A DNA stretch of 64,000 nucleotides from a virus: IMG/VR virus record IMGVR_UViG_3300017963_000025, positions 1-64,000 of that record; one strand, 5' to 3'. Each line of letters opens with the position of its first letter. The stretch's first letter is position 1. The translations under genes were made by a program, and so were the position numbers. Below the pieces are notes generated by a model. The model saw only the letters and a program-made list of their open reading frames with translations. It made no database searches and was not told the origin of the DNA. This document shows positions 1 to 9,756 of this stretch, piece by piece.

Positions 1-1
1 C

Positions 2-1036
2 AATGAACCTGATGGGCCAAATGGGAGATTAAGAGGAATTTCTATCACAGACGCCGGTACGGGAACCGGGCATACCCTGACTCCGCAGTTTGTATATGAT
101 AACACTATCTGCATAGGTAACAACTCATTGCCAAATGTTTCTGACTCGGTATACTTCGGCGGTGATCACACAAAGTTCATTGTTGACGGGATGTCAGTTC
201 ATAATTCCATACATACTACGCCTACGGCTATTTCCGGGTATTGGTCCGCCTATTGTAAAACAGACACTAATTTTTATTATCAAGACGGTGCGGGGGCAGA
301 ACATCGGATTTTGTCAGCGGACGATATTCCGGACGGTACGGTGACCGGTGAGATGAAATATTGGAACGACACCAATTGGACCAATACCGGAAGCGGTTTG
401 GTGTGGCAAGACACCGCCGTTCGGTTGGATATTACCGGTACGGGAAACCAGTTTCGAATTTTGTACGACGGATCAAATCATACAACCTTGTCAACTGATG
501 TCGGTGGTAATTTCGTACTCACCGCCACCGGAAACAATATCACGTTGGTTGGTGACGCCGGTGTAATCATTGGAAACGGTGCGGCGGATACGGATTATGC
601 GCTTACATTTGACGGAGAAACAAATGACGGCGTAATTACGTGGTTGGAAGACGAGGCGGAATTTAATATAGACAGTGACACCCGTGTTGCGGCAAAATTC
701 AGGTCTGACGTATTGCGGATTACATCCTATATTACCCCTCCGGCATTGTCCACACATACGGACGACTATGCGCCCACAGGTATCGGCACCACGCAAATCA
801 TCATGTTGTCCTCCACGGCAAATATTGAATTGCGTGGTATCTTGGCGCAAAGCGGACATGTGATAAAATTGATAAACGTGGGGACGAGCGATATTAAATT
901 AAAAGCAGGCGCAACATCGTCATTGGAAGCAAATCGATTTGCCATGGTCGGCGATTTTACATTGCAGGATTATGATGTGGTTACCATATGGCATGATCCG
1001 AGTTTGAATCAGTGGCGATTAATATCGGTTACGTAA
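2..1036 (+). CDS. Tail fibre/virion structural protein, C-terminal part (runs off the left edge)
   Basis: Frame open from position 2 to TAA at 1036; G/T/N/D-rich beta-strand composition; followed by small chaperone-like ORFs. Confidence 0.55.
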   Translation, partial: NEPDGPNGRLRGISITDAGTGTGHTLTPQFVYDNTICIGNNSLPNVSDSVYFGGDHTKFIVDGMSVHNSIHTTPTAISGYWSAYCKTDTNFYYQDGAGAEHRILSADDIPDGTVTGEMKYWNDTNWTNTGSGLVWQDTAVRLDITGTGNQFRILYDGSNHTTLSTDVGGNFVLTATGNNITLVGDAGVIIGNGAADTDYALTFDGETNDGVITWLEDEAEFNIDSDTRVAAKFRSDVLRITSYITPPALSTHTDDYAPTGIGTTQIIMLSSTANIELRGILAQSGHVIKLINVGTSDIKLKAGATSSLEANRFAMVGDFTLQDYDVVTIWHDPSLNQWRLISVT

Positions 1037-1053
1037 AAAGGAGAGATTAAAAA

Positions 1054-1338
1054 ATGGCACTCATTAATGAACAAAAAACACAGTTTATGACGGACATTCG
1101 GGCAATCGCGGATTTGATGGTACTGGTACGTGAACGTGCCAGAGCATTGGATCAAAAATGGAACAGTCTGGCCTTTGGTTCCGGCGGAGCAAACGAATTT
1201 GTTGCGGCAGACCTAACCGGCAGTCTGTTTGATGGTTTGGGTATTACCAACCTGACTAATGTGGTAACCACGTTACAAGCATTCGAAACGTGGTTTAATG
1301 CGGGCCATGATGATAATATTGAGAAAGTGAGGGCATAA
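1054..1338 (+). CDS. Hypothetical protein (tail-associated?)
   Basis: AGGAG RBS; tightly coupled to neighbours. Confidence 0.6.
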   Translation: MALINEQKTQFMTDIRAIADLMVLVRERARALDQKWNSLAFGSGGANEFVAADLTGSLFDGLGITNLTNVVTTLQAFETWFNAGHDDNIEKVRA

Positions 1339-1339
1339 T

Positions 1340-1681
1340 ATGGGTTACCAAGACAGGTCGGAATACGCGGAAAACAATATGGCCTTTAGGACACAGATAC
1401 GGTATGCAATGCAAAATGCCGCACAAATGATTATGGGGGAAGCACCTTCTACCGAGCATCACCAAGAAAGGTGTGATTTTGCGCTTATTGTTATGAGGAA
1501 TGGTTATAACGTGAATTCAATCACGTTGGTCATAACTACCAATGGTACGGTCGGTGCGGCAATTGACGGAACAACGGATCACTCAAATCCGGATGCGCCA
1601 AACGTGGTATCCGATACTGACACACAAAATGCCGTGAATTCCCTGTGGAATCATTGGGCGGGGATAATTACCACGACATAA
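1340..1681 (+). CDS. Hypothetical protein (tail-associated?)
   Basis: ATG 1 nt after the previous stop. Confidence 0.6.
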   Translation: MGYQDRSEYAENNMAFRTQIRYAMQNAAQMIMGEAPSTEHHQERCDFALIVMRNGYNVNSITLVITTNGTVGAAIDGTTDHSNPDAPNVVSDTDTQNAVNSLWNHWAGIITTT

Positions 1682-1762
1682 CCCGGATCGTTGCATGTTT
1701 TCCCAAAACGTGTTAAACAATGATTATGGCAATAAACAGATAACAAAGGACAAGAGGTGTTT

Positions 1763-2068
1763 ATGAACGTTAATTTCAACGTAAAATTAGAAACACTTGA
1801 TGGAGAGCCACTACGGGTGAATGATGAAGATTGTTTTCTGAAAAACATCTGTGTTAGTGTACTGCGGGTAACGGATGAAAAATTGGATGCCTGGGAACAA
1901 ATCCGCCGATACGAACTTATGAAGACGATCCATAAATCGGACGGACCCATTGATGTTTCGATTGAGGATTTGAATTTGATCAAACAATTGGTTACGGATA
2001 TCGAGGGGAAAAAAGATATTATCCTCAATGGACAGGTGCTACACTTGCTTGAACACTCAAACGAGTAA
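1763..2068 (+). CDS. Conserved phage hypothetical protein
   Basis: GAGGTG RBS before ATG 1763. Confidence 0.6.
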   Translation: MNVNFNVKLETLDGEPLRVNDEDCFLKNICVSVLRVTDEKLDAWEQIRRYELMKTIHKSDGPIDVSIEDLNLIKQLVTDIEGKKDIILNGQVLHLLEHSNE

Positions 2069-2086
2069 TCCGCAAACGTTTGCGGA
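2069..2086. repeat. Dispersed 18-bp palindrome, copy 1
   Basis: Exact TCCGCAAACGTTTGCGGA directly after TAA and 2 nt upstream of a TTGACA. Confidence 0.97.
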
Positions 2087-2088
2087 CA

Positions 2089-2117
2089 TTGACACTTGCA
2101 CAATACGGTGTTATCCT
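2089..2117 (+). promoter_or_regulatory. Sigma70-type promoter
   Basis: TTGACA-17 nt-TATCCT with extended TG. Confidence 0.55.
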
Positions 2118-2158
2118 ATCCCCCGTTGGTTAGTCATTTCTTACACGGGGGATTTTTT

Positions 2159-2896
2159 ATGGAAGACACGGAAAAACGAAAACGGATAATCAAAGTCATG
2201 CTGAACACCACCCCGAAAAATTGGAAAACCACATTTGAAAATTTGGAGTGTTTGGATTGGGCAATCGGTATGGGTGTAATCACTGACAAGGGACGGATTA
2301 CCAAGGAGGGAAAGGCGATGCTGGCGGGTGCGAAACAGAGGGCAGACGAACTGTTACGGGGTGTCCTATTAAATGAGCGGTATGTCAAAGACGCACCTCC
2401 GAACAAATGGTATTATGGCGGTTTTACCACAAAAGGCGGAAAAACCGTAAATTGGGTACAATCCGGGGGACTGCTTCTGTTGAAGGACAAAAAAGAAATT
2501 CGGGACCGATTCAGAACGGACAATCTTCGGTTTTTGAAAGCAAAAGAACAGGATATCACCGACAAGCTAAACCGGTATTTAGCCGGGGAATGGCACCGGA
2601 CCACCCCGTTTGTTTGGCAAACGCATTTCCTAAATGAGATTAGTCTGATTTGGATGAAGAGAAACGTGCTTGTATCACCGGATGAGCAAAACGAAACCGA
2701 ACCGGATATTAATCTTATTCCGATTCAATCCGCTTACTACGACACCGTTGTCCGTATGGGTGCCGCCCATTTTGAAACACGGGATAAAAAAGAGGGAGAG
2801 AACATGCGGCTTGTTCGGGCATCAGGCAACGGGGTGTTTGCCATTATTGCCGAATACAGTATTGCCGGTCTTCCGATGCCAACAACGGGGGTGTAA
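2159..2896 (+). CDS. Hypothetical protein
   Basis: 245-aa ORF coupled to the polymerase gene. Confidence 0.6.
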   Translation: MEDTEKRKRIIKVMLNTTPKNWKTTFENLECLDWAIGMGVITDKGRITKEGKAMLAGAKQRADELLRGVLLNERYVKDAPPNKWYYGGFTTKGGKTVNWVQSGGLLLLKDKKEIRDRFRTDNLRFLKAKEQDITDKLNRYLAGEWHRTTPFVWQTHFLNEISLIWMKRNVLVSPDEQNETEPDINLIPIQSAYYDTVVRMGAAHFETRDKKEGENMRLVRASGNGVFAIIAEYSIAGLPMPTTGV

Positions 2897-2899
2897 TCA

Positions 2900-5500
2900 A
2901 TGTGCTTGCAGAGCGAATGCGAACTTTACCCAAACAACCATGTCAAAGTACCGTATATCCGTGGGGATAACGGTATCATTTTTTACGGGGAATATCCGGG
3001 ATTCGAAGAGGAACGCCAACGGCTCCCCTTTGTCGGGGAATCCGGACAAATGGCGGCGGCATGTTTTCACGAGGCGGGATTGGATTGGAACCGAACAGCA
3101 AAGATGAACGCGCTACGGTGCAGAATTGACAAGGGAAAATTTTCGGATGGCCGTCTTACCAAAATGATCAAATGTTGTCGCGCCAACACGACGGAGGCAA
3201 TTGCCGCATTGGCCCCCCGTATCATCATCATGGCCGGAAATCTGGCCCTGAAACAACTGACCGGCCGATCCGGTATTACGGCAAACAAAGGGAAGTGGTT
3301 CCGGTCCAAGGACATCGACAATTGCTGGCTATTCCCGGTGAACAACCCGGCGTACATTTGCCGAAATCCACACTTGAAACCCGCGTACATTACCGCCCTG
3401 AACGTGGTAAGGGCGGCTGTTGAAAACAATTTCCAACCGGTGACGGAAATCACCGGCGCATCCTACCAAGAAATACAAAGTTTGAAATCGGAAACCACAA
3501 TTTTTACCGACACCAATGTTTTGATCGGACTGGATACGGAAACCCAGGGGATCAATTGGAATGATCCGAATTTTGTTCCCATATCCTTCTCGGTATCACC
3601 GGTAACAGGGGTGGGGTATGACATTGTGTTGTTTGAGGAAAACGAACAAAGGAATACGCATCAAATTCTCGAATCACTCCGGGGAAAAGTGAACCGGGCG
3701 GACTATCTTTGGCGAACAATCCGGTGGATGAGAAACGGTGAGCCAACGGACGTGCATGTCCGACCGGCATCCGGTTTCATGAGAAAAGTGACCGAGCTAT
3801 GGGAATTGGTAGAGAGTGACCGGATTAAAAAGGTGTTAATGAATGCGAACTATGACTACCACGTATTTGATACCTTGTTTATGGGCGTGTTCGGAAAAAT
3901 ACCCCGGTATCGCGGCTTTGTGGCGGATGTTCAGGCCAATGCCAACCTGATTGATGAAAATCAGTTTGTCAAACCGAATCTGGTATCCCTCCAACTCTCG
4001 TTCACAGACATCACCTCTGCGTATGATCACGCGTTTTCACAAGATTACGACAAAGCGGACATGCTGGCCGTCCCACGGAAACCTCGTGCCTATTATGCGG
4101 CGGCGGACAGTGACACCACCCGGCGGGTGTTCCTCTCTCAATGGAACGTGTTGAATCGGTATCCAAAGCTAAAAAACTACGCGTTAAAATTTACGGTTCC
4201 CACCCTGAACAGTCTGCGGGTGATGGAACGGAACGGCGCACAGGTGGATACCGATCGGTTGCCACGGATGACGGATCGGATGATCTCCACTATGGAAGCA
4301 TACGCCTCTGACATGCTAAAATTGGTGCCAAAAAAGATAAGAAAGCGCCATGAAAATCAGGAGAAATTCACCCGAAAAAAATTTCTCCTGGATATTATGC
4401 TGAACGGTTTCGGAATTAAGTGGAAAAAGAAGTCTCAGAAAACTGGGGAACCCGCATTTGACAAAGAGGTGCGAAAACTCCTGTTGGACCGGGCCACTGG
4501 GGATTGTCTAGAATTTTTGAATCTGTACGGACAATGGCAGGAAACCCACACCTTTGTTACCAGATACCTGAACGGGTTCAAAAAGGCGATTCACGTGGAC
4601 AATCGTATTCACACCAAATTTTCACTGGCCACCACGGTCACCGGCCGGGTGGCATCCTCTGACCCAAACATGCAGAACATCCCAAAGCGGTCCAAACTGG
4701 CAAAAGAAATCCGGTCCCTTATAATACCCCGTCCCGGCTATGTGCTGATGGCGGCGGACGAGTCACAATCCGAATTGCGGTGGATTACATTCCTGTCCGG
4801 TGATCCGGAAATGCACCGGGTGTATCGGGACGGGGGGGACATCCACCTGGAAACCGCCATGTCGATGGCACGACAAATGGAAAAAGAATGGTCGTCCTTG
4901 TCAGAGGATGAAAAAAAAGACATCCGCACCAAAGCAAAGCCGGTAAATTTCGGAGTGGTGTATCTGATCTCCCCGGAGGGATTGAAAACCGATGCAAAGA
5001 CCTCCTATGGTGCGGATATTTCGTTGGAGGATGCGGAAAGCTATATCCGCGCATTCTTCAATAAGTATCGAAATATTCCGTTATACCATCAGAATATGAT
5101 CGCGTTTGCCCAGAAATACGGATACGTTGAATCGGTATTGGGCCGACGACGACGATTGCCAGACATTCGGTCGGACAATATTCGGTTTCGGTCGGATGCG
5201 GAACGACGCGCGGTCAATTTCCCGATTCAGGGACCATCTTCCGATACGGTGCTGATTGCGTTGAATATGATCGAGGATACCGGGTATGATCCGGACGAAT
5301 TCCGTCCGGTACTGTTTATCCACGACGAACTGGTGGCAGAGGTACGGGAGGATAAAATTGATCATTACGCCCACCTGATGAAATGGGCGCTAACCAACCC
5401 AAACATTGTATTCAAACGGGATTTCGGGTTCGAGATGCCGGTCAAACTTGAATCGGATGTTAAAATCGGGTATAATCTGAGTGAGATGGCAGACCTCTGA
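2900..5500 (+). CDS. polA: Family A DNA polymerase with N-terminal family-4 uracil-DNA-glycosylase-like domain (SPO1 type) and 3'-5' exonuclease
   Basis: UDG motif GEYPGFEE..PFVGESG with Cys ligands; exo DTET; TGRVASSDPNMQNIP; motif A DESQSELR; motif B KPVNFGVVY; motif C IHDEL. Confidence 0.95.
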   Translation: MCLQSECELYPNNHVKVPYIRGDNGIIFYGEYPGFEEERQRLPFVGESGQMAAACFHEAGLDWNRTAKMNALRCRIDKGKFSDGRLTKMIKCCRANTTEAIAALAPRIIIMAGNLALKQLTGRSGITANKGKWFRSKDIDNCWLFPVNNPAYICRNPHLKPAYITALNVVRAAVENNFQPVTEITGASYQEIQSLKSETTIFTDTNVLIGLDTETQGINWNDPNFVPISFSVSPVTGVGYDIVLFEENEQRNTHQILESLRGKVNRADYLWRTIRWMRNGEPTDVHVRPASGFMRKVTELWELVESDRIKKVLMNANYDYHVFDTLFMGVFGKIPRYRGFVADVQANANLIDENQFVKPNLVSLQLSFTDITSAYDHAFSQDYDKADMLAVPRKPRAYYAAADSDTTRRVFLSQWNVLNRYPKLKNYALKFTVPTLNSLRVMERNGAQVDTDRLPRMTDRMISTMEAYASDMLKLVPKKIRKRHENQEKFTRKKFLLDIMLNGFGIKWKKKSQKTGEPAFDKEVRKLLLDRATGDCLEFLNLYGQWQETHTFVTRYLNGFKKAIHVDNRIHTKFSLATTVTGRVASSDPNMQNIPKRSKLAKEIRSLIIPRPGYVLMAADESQSELRWITFLSGDPEMHRVYRDGGDIHLETAMSMARQMEKEWSSLSEDEKKDIRTKAKPVNFGVVYLISPEGLKTDAKTSYGADISLEDAESYIRAFFNKYRNIPLYHQNMIAFAQKYGYVESVLGRRRRLPDIRSDNIRFRSDAERRAVNFPIQGPSSDTVLIALNMIEDTGYDPDEFRPVLFIHDELVAEVREDKIDHYAHLMKWALTNPNIVFKRDFGFEMPVKLESDVKIGYNLSEMADL

Positions 5501-5513
5501 TAGGAGCATACCA

Positions 5514-7283
5514 ATGGACGAAAACACAAAACGCCGCGAGGAAAAAACCAAACGACGGGCACTTACGAAAGCCCTGGTAAAGCAAACACAGAAAGAAATT
5601 TCGGCATACCGGGAAAAAAGAGACGCGGTACTCTCCCAACAGATAGAAGCCGAAGCCCCCGAATTTCCCATGGAACGAGTGGGAAACAATATTTTCCTGA
5701 CACCTCCCTATGATCCCCATGAACTTTACGCATGGGCGATACGCTGTGACATTGTGAAGGCGTGTACGGATGCCATGGTCCAAAATGTGGACGGGTTCGG
5801 ATACAAACTGGTGTATCTTGGGGACGACACCACTGTGGATGAGGATGACCCAGAAAAAGAACGTATCAAAAATATTCTGGACCAAGCGAACGAATACCAA
5901 TCATTCACGACCATCCGCAAACGTTTGCGGACGGACTTGGAGGTAATCGGATACGGCGGGATTGAGGTGGTGCGTTACACCGGGGGAGAAATTTTTCTGT
6001 ATCCGATCAAAGCTGTCAATCTGAGAATGACCCAAAAACTCGCCCCTGAAATCCCGGTAAAAATCAATATTAAGCGGGATGGAAAAATTGTAACACTGAC
6101 TGTGAACCGAAAATTCCGGAAATTCGCCCAGGTACGAAGTGATGGTAAAATACGGTATTTCAAAGAATTTGGTGATCCCCGATACCTGAATAAAACCACC
6201 GGGGAATATTTTGACACACCCATCGCACCGGAACAAAATTCCACGGAAATCTGGTTCTTTCGGCATGACTTCGGGGTCAGTGCTTACGGATGCCCACCAT
6301 GGGTCGCCGCAATACTGGATGTCATGGGTCGGTACAAGTCCAAATATATCAACATGGACCTGATGGATTCACAGGGTATCCCCCCGATGCTGATCACCGT
6401 TTCAAACGGGTCACTGACAGACGAGTCCTATGAGGAATTGCAAATCATCCTAGACGCGTTTCGGGGCTATCAGAATTTCAATCGGATTGCCTGTCTCGAA
6501 TCCGAATTTGCGGATACCAGCATTGACGGCACCTCCGGCAGTGGCAATGCAAAAATCGAATTAAAGAACATGGTGGCCTTTCGACAATCCGATCTGATGT
6601 TCAAGGGCTACCTGAAACAAACCGGGGAGGATATTCGCCACACCCGCCGCATCCCCGATCTTTATCTCGGAATATCAGAATCATATACACATGCCACTTC
6701 GAAAGCTGCCCAAGCGGTGGCCGAAGAGCAGGTGTTCATCCCGGAACGTAAAGAATTTGACGAACGGTTCCATTTGGAATTCACCATACCGGAGTTGAAT
6801 GTGCGAAATTGGAAAATGGTGTCAAAAGGCCCGCAGATTGTCGGTGCCTCCCAGATCACCCAGGGGGTAAACGCGTTCAAAGACGCGCTGACTGTAAACT
6901 CTGCCATTGATTTGGCCAACACCGCATTCGGCACTGAAATGAGCCATTTCAGAGAGGAGTGGGCAAAATACCCCATTTCCCTCGTGATGGAATGGATCAA
7001 GCTCGGCAAGATCGATATGCACAGTAAGGTGGATCAAAGTATCACGGATACGATACCGGATAACACGGAACCTCCCCCGGACATGCCGGAGGATTTGCCG
7101 GACAATCAGCAAGAATTATTGAAAGCACTATATAATATTCGGTGCCGGATGGATGATATCTTTAAAAACGATGGCGAAAATTACGCGGCGGAAGAAATGC
7201 TCCCCGACATAATCAAAAATGCCATGCGGTTTATGGCCGACGTGGGAGAGGAGTTGGCATCCTATGACTCGACCGATATTTAA
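5514..7283 (+). CDS. Portal protein, PBSX family
   Basis: LTPPYDP, NVDGFG, DLEVIG..IEVVR, YFKEFGDPR, YGCPPW motifs; TAGGAG RBS before ATG 5514. Confidence 0.88.
   Translation: MDENTKRREEKTKRRALTKALVKQTQKEISAYREKRDAVLSQQIEAEAPEFPMERVGNNIFLTPPYDPHELYAWAIRCDIVKACTDAMVQNVDGFGYKLVYLGDDTTVDEDDPEKERIKNILDQANEYQSFTTIRKRLRTDLEVIGYGGIEVVRYTGGEIFLYPIKAVNLRMTQKLAPEIPVKINIKRDGKIVTLTVNRKFRKFAQVRSDGKIRYFKEFGDPRYLNKTTGEYFDTPIAPEQNSTEIWFFRHDFGVSAYGCPPWVAAILDVMGRYKSKYINMDLMDSQGIPPMLITVSNGSLTDESYEELQIILDAFRGYQNFNRIACLESEFADTSIDGTSGSGNAKIELKNMVAFRQSDLMFKGYLKQTGEDIRHTRRIPDLYLGISESYTHATSKAAQAVAEEQVFIPERKEFDERFHLEFTIPELNVRNWKMVSKGPQIVGASQITQGVNAFKDALTVNSAIDLANTAFGTEMSHFREEWAKYPISLVMEWIKLGKIDMHSKVDQSITDTIPDNTEPPPDMPEDLPDNQQELLKALYNIRCRMDDIFKNDGENYAAEEMLPDIIKNAMRFMADVGEELASYDSTDI
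5914..5931. repeat. 18-bp palindrome, copy 2 (inside portal, IRKRLRT)
   Basis: Exact match. Confidence 0.97.
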
Positions 7284-8154
7284 AGCGGATGTAAGGACCG
7301 AACGGTGGGGTGCCACTACTATGGCATTGTTTGCAAATCTCCGCAAAATTTGGCGGGAGCATTACATCAAACCGGTGGGCCGAATTACCAACGCGTTTGA
7401 CTTCAACCCGAATACCGGACGATACAATGTGGACGAAGAGGCCATTCGAAAAAATATGGCGCAAATCCGGAACAAATCCGCCATGGTATGGAATGCGTCC
7501 GCGCCCTATGTCAAAAAAGCATTTGGGAACGCCACCAAAAAGGGACTGAAACATTTTACAGACCAACAGGCCAAAACCAAATCCGTGTTCGTGTCAAAAC
7601 TGAACCAGGCGGATTGGGACCGGTTGGTGGAAACATCGCTCACGAATCATATGGAATTATTTACCCGCGAATTTCCCGACCGAATTTTGGGTCCGGAGGT
7701 GGAGCGGTTGGTCAATCTGTTTGTCAGTCGGGCGGAAACGGATATTGCGGCAATTGCCACGGTACAGGAACGTATCCGACGACTGGACCAAATGCTGTCC
7801 GGTTATCTTTACGACCTGACCGACGTTACCGTTGGAAGGGCGTGGAACTTCGCAGGGATCAACATGGCCTATGATACCGGCGTGGTTCGCGCGATGATCG
7901 TGGCAATACTGGACGCACTGACGTGTCAGGTGTGCGTCCGGTTACATGGAAAACGGATAGACGTGGCCGCCATGTACAACCGGGCCAACGCGTTTCTGAA
8001 CGCGGACTACGCCAACGCCACCGACGTGGCCAGTGGGTGGCCGTTTCCGCGTATTGCCGACGTGGACAACGTATCCCCCCGAATTATTGAGGCAAGGGGA
8101 TACCTTCCCATGTTTCACAACAAATGCCGGTGTGACATTGTTTTTTTATGGTAA
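7264..8154 (+). CDS. Head morphogenesis protein (Mu gpF/SPP1 gp7-like)
   Basis: C-terminal DALTCQVC..LHGK and PMFHNKCRC motifs; directly downstream of portal. Confidence 0.8.
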   Translation: MTRPIFKADVRTERWGATTMALFANLRKIWREHYIKPVGRITNAFDFNPNTGRYNVDEEAIRKNMAQIRNKSAMVWNASAPYVKKAFGNATKKGLKHFTDQQAKTKSVFVSKLNQADWDRLVETSLTNHMELFTREFPDRILGPEVERLVNLFVSRAETDIAAIATVQERIRRLDQMLSGYLYDLTDVTVGRAWNFAGINMAYDTGVVRAMIVAILDALTCQVCVRLHGKRIDVAAMYNRANAFLNADYANATDVASGWPFPRIADVDNVSPRIIEARGYLPMFHNKCRCDIVFLW

Positions 8155-8155
8155 A

Positions 8156-8173
8156 TCCGCAAACGTTTGCGGA
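8156..8173. repeat. 18-bp palindrome, copy 3
   Basis: Exact match, 1 nt after TAA. Confidence 0.97.
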
Positions 8174-8186
8174 GAGAGGGGGAATT

Positions 8187-8354
8187 GTGGAATTGTCCAA
8201 ACAAAAAATACTGACACCGCAAGAGAAACAATGCCCCTATTGCGGACAGATCATCCAGTATTCGAAAAATCCGTTCAGGCTCATTCGCACCGGAAATTGC
8301 GTTCATTATTACTATGACCCGTTTGGTGGTGACATCGTATTCAAAGAAGGGTAG
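8187..8354 (+). CDS. Small zinc-ribbon hypothetical protein
   Basis: CPYC..CVH; GAGGGG RBS before GTG. Confidence 0.45.
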   Translation: MELSKQKILTPQEKQCPYCGQIIQYSKNPFRLIRTGNCVHYYYDPFGGDIVFKEG

Positions 8355-8359
8355 ACCAA

Positions 8360-8719
8360 ATGTCGTTACAATATTTCAGTATCAACGAATTTCGATGCAA
8401 ATGCGGATGTGGAATGAATCGTATCAGCATGGATTTTGTCACCCGCTTGGATTGCGCCAGAAAACTGGCCGGGGTGCCGTTCGTCATCACCTCCGGATGC
8501 CGATGTCCGACGCATAATCGTGCGGTGGGCGGATCCGCATATTCGTCCCACATGAGGGGGTTGGCGGCGGATATCCGATGTCGGGGAGACGCGGATCGGT
8601 TTCATATTCTAAACGGTCTGATCCGTGCCGGATTTACCCGTATCGGTGTCGGGTCTGACTTTATCCATGTAGATGCCGACACGCGAAAACGGGACGAAAT
8701 TATCTGGGTGTATCGGTAA
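8360..8719 (+). CDS. Peptidase M15A (endolysin-like)
   Basis: FRCKCGCG, ITSGCRC..HN.AVGG..SSHMRGLAADI, FIHVD. Confidence 0.9.
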   Translation: MSLQYFSINEFRCKCGCGMNRISMDFVTRLDCARKLAGVPFVITSGCRCPTHNRAVGGSAYSSHMRGLAADIRCRGDADRFHILNGLIRAGFTRIGVGSDFIHVDADTRKRDEIIWVYR

Positions 8720-8729
8720 CCAATCTTAT

Positions 8730-8801
8730 CGCGGCGTGGGGGAGTGGTCACCCTGCAAGGCTCATGCCCTTGCGACGCAGGTTCGAATCCTGCCGCCGCC
8801 A
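8730..8801 (+). tRNA. tRNA-Met(CAT), initiator type, no encoded CCA
   Basis: Cloverleaf: acceptor CGCGGCG/CGCCGCC with 1:72 mismatch, D arm GGGG/CCCT, anticodon stem CAAGG/CCTTG with loop CTCATGC, T arm GCAGG-TTCGAAT-CCTGC, discriminator A. Confidence 0.85.
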
Positions 8802-8825
8802 TCAAACTTAAAAAGAGGTGTGACA

Positions 8826-9140
8826 ATGGAATTTGGCACGGCATCGGAGGCAGTTGACTTTGTGGACAGACAATTCCGAACCGCGACGGCGCGGGGCGTG
8901 AGTCATTGGGGAACCGGCGGGTGGCCGGAGTGGTCTGTAAAATTTAATCATTTCATCAATAAAAAAATCGAAACCGAGGGAGCGGATTCCGCGTGGTATT
9001 ACGTGCGCCTGTATTGGCAAAACACCACACACAAGCTCGGAAAAGACAAACTGGAACGAAAACCTTTCAATATCCGATTACGCCAGTTGAAAAGTGATAT
9101 CCGTAACTTGACAAAAAACAAAACCTGTGATAGTAAATAG
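8826..9140 (+). CDS. Hypothetical protein
   Basis: GAGGTG RBS. Confidence 0.55.
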   Translation: MEFGTASEAVDFVDRQFRTATARGVSHWGTGGWPEWSVKFNHFINKKIETEGADSAWYYVRLYWQNTTHKLGKDKLERKPFNIRLRQLKSDIRNLTKNKTCDSK

Positions 9141-9176
9141 GGTATCAATCACTTACAACGTAATCGGGAAAAGAAA

Positions 9177-9728
9177 ATGACACATAAGTACTCAGTCCGT
9201 GAGGGAACCTATCGCGGAAGAAATGGCATGCTCCAAAAATTGCGACTGTTCTTTATTGTGGGAGGGAAGGAAATACCACAATATAATATCTTACGGGAAG
9301 GATTAGTCAGACACGCCGATTGTCACAAAACCAGTCCACCCGCACACGACCTTGCATCAGAAATAAACAGGCTTGCAATCCGCGTCAGGTCATCCGTGTA
9401 TTTTGAAACCGAACTGGAGTACTGCAAAGTTTTCGTTTCACAGGAAGGACAGTTCAAACAATTCTATTCCTTTTATCTGCAATTTGTCCAACCCCCGAAA
9501 AAAATCGTTACCATTCGTCCGTTTGATCCTGATTCCCCCCTGATGTTCCGAGGTTCAGTTAGATTCCTAACTAAGGCCGAGGTAATGCAACTAATTGACC
9601 CGACAAGTACGTCGGCAACATTTTATCTGGCACAATCCACACTGCCAAGAAAAGTACTAGAAAACATGATTACTGTGCAAGAAAAAACGATTCGCGGGCA
9701 ACGGAAAATCCGTATCATCGCAAATTAG
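9177..9728 (+). CDS. Hypothetical protein carrying an inverted 60-nt dnaB-derived insert (9338-9397)
   Basis: 183-aa ORF; insert matches the reverse complement of 14612-14671. Confidence 0.6.
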   Translation: MTHKYSVREGTYRGRNGMLQKLRLFFIVGGKEIPQYNILREGLVRHADCHKTSPPAHDLASEINRLAIRVRSSVYFETELEYCKVFVSQEGQFKQFYSFYLQFVQPPKKIVTIRPFDPDSPLMFRGSVRFLTKAEVMQLIDPTSTSATFYLAQSTLPRKVLENMITVQEKTIRGQRKIRIIAN

Positions 9729-9756
9729 AAACAACAATTAGAAAAGGAGAATTAGT

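Noticed and set aside
7340-7357. TCCGCAAAATTTGGCGGG as an additional palindrome copy
   Set aside because: Four mismatches; cannot be separated from chance, so not counted
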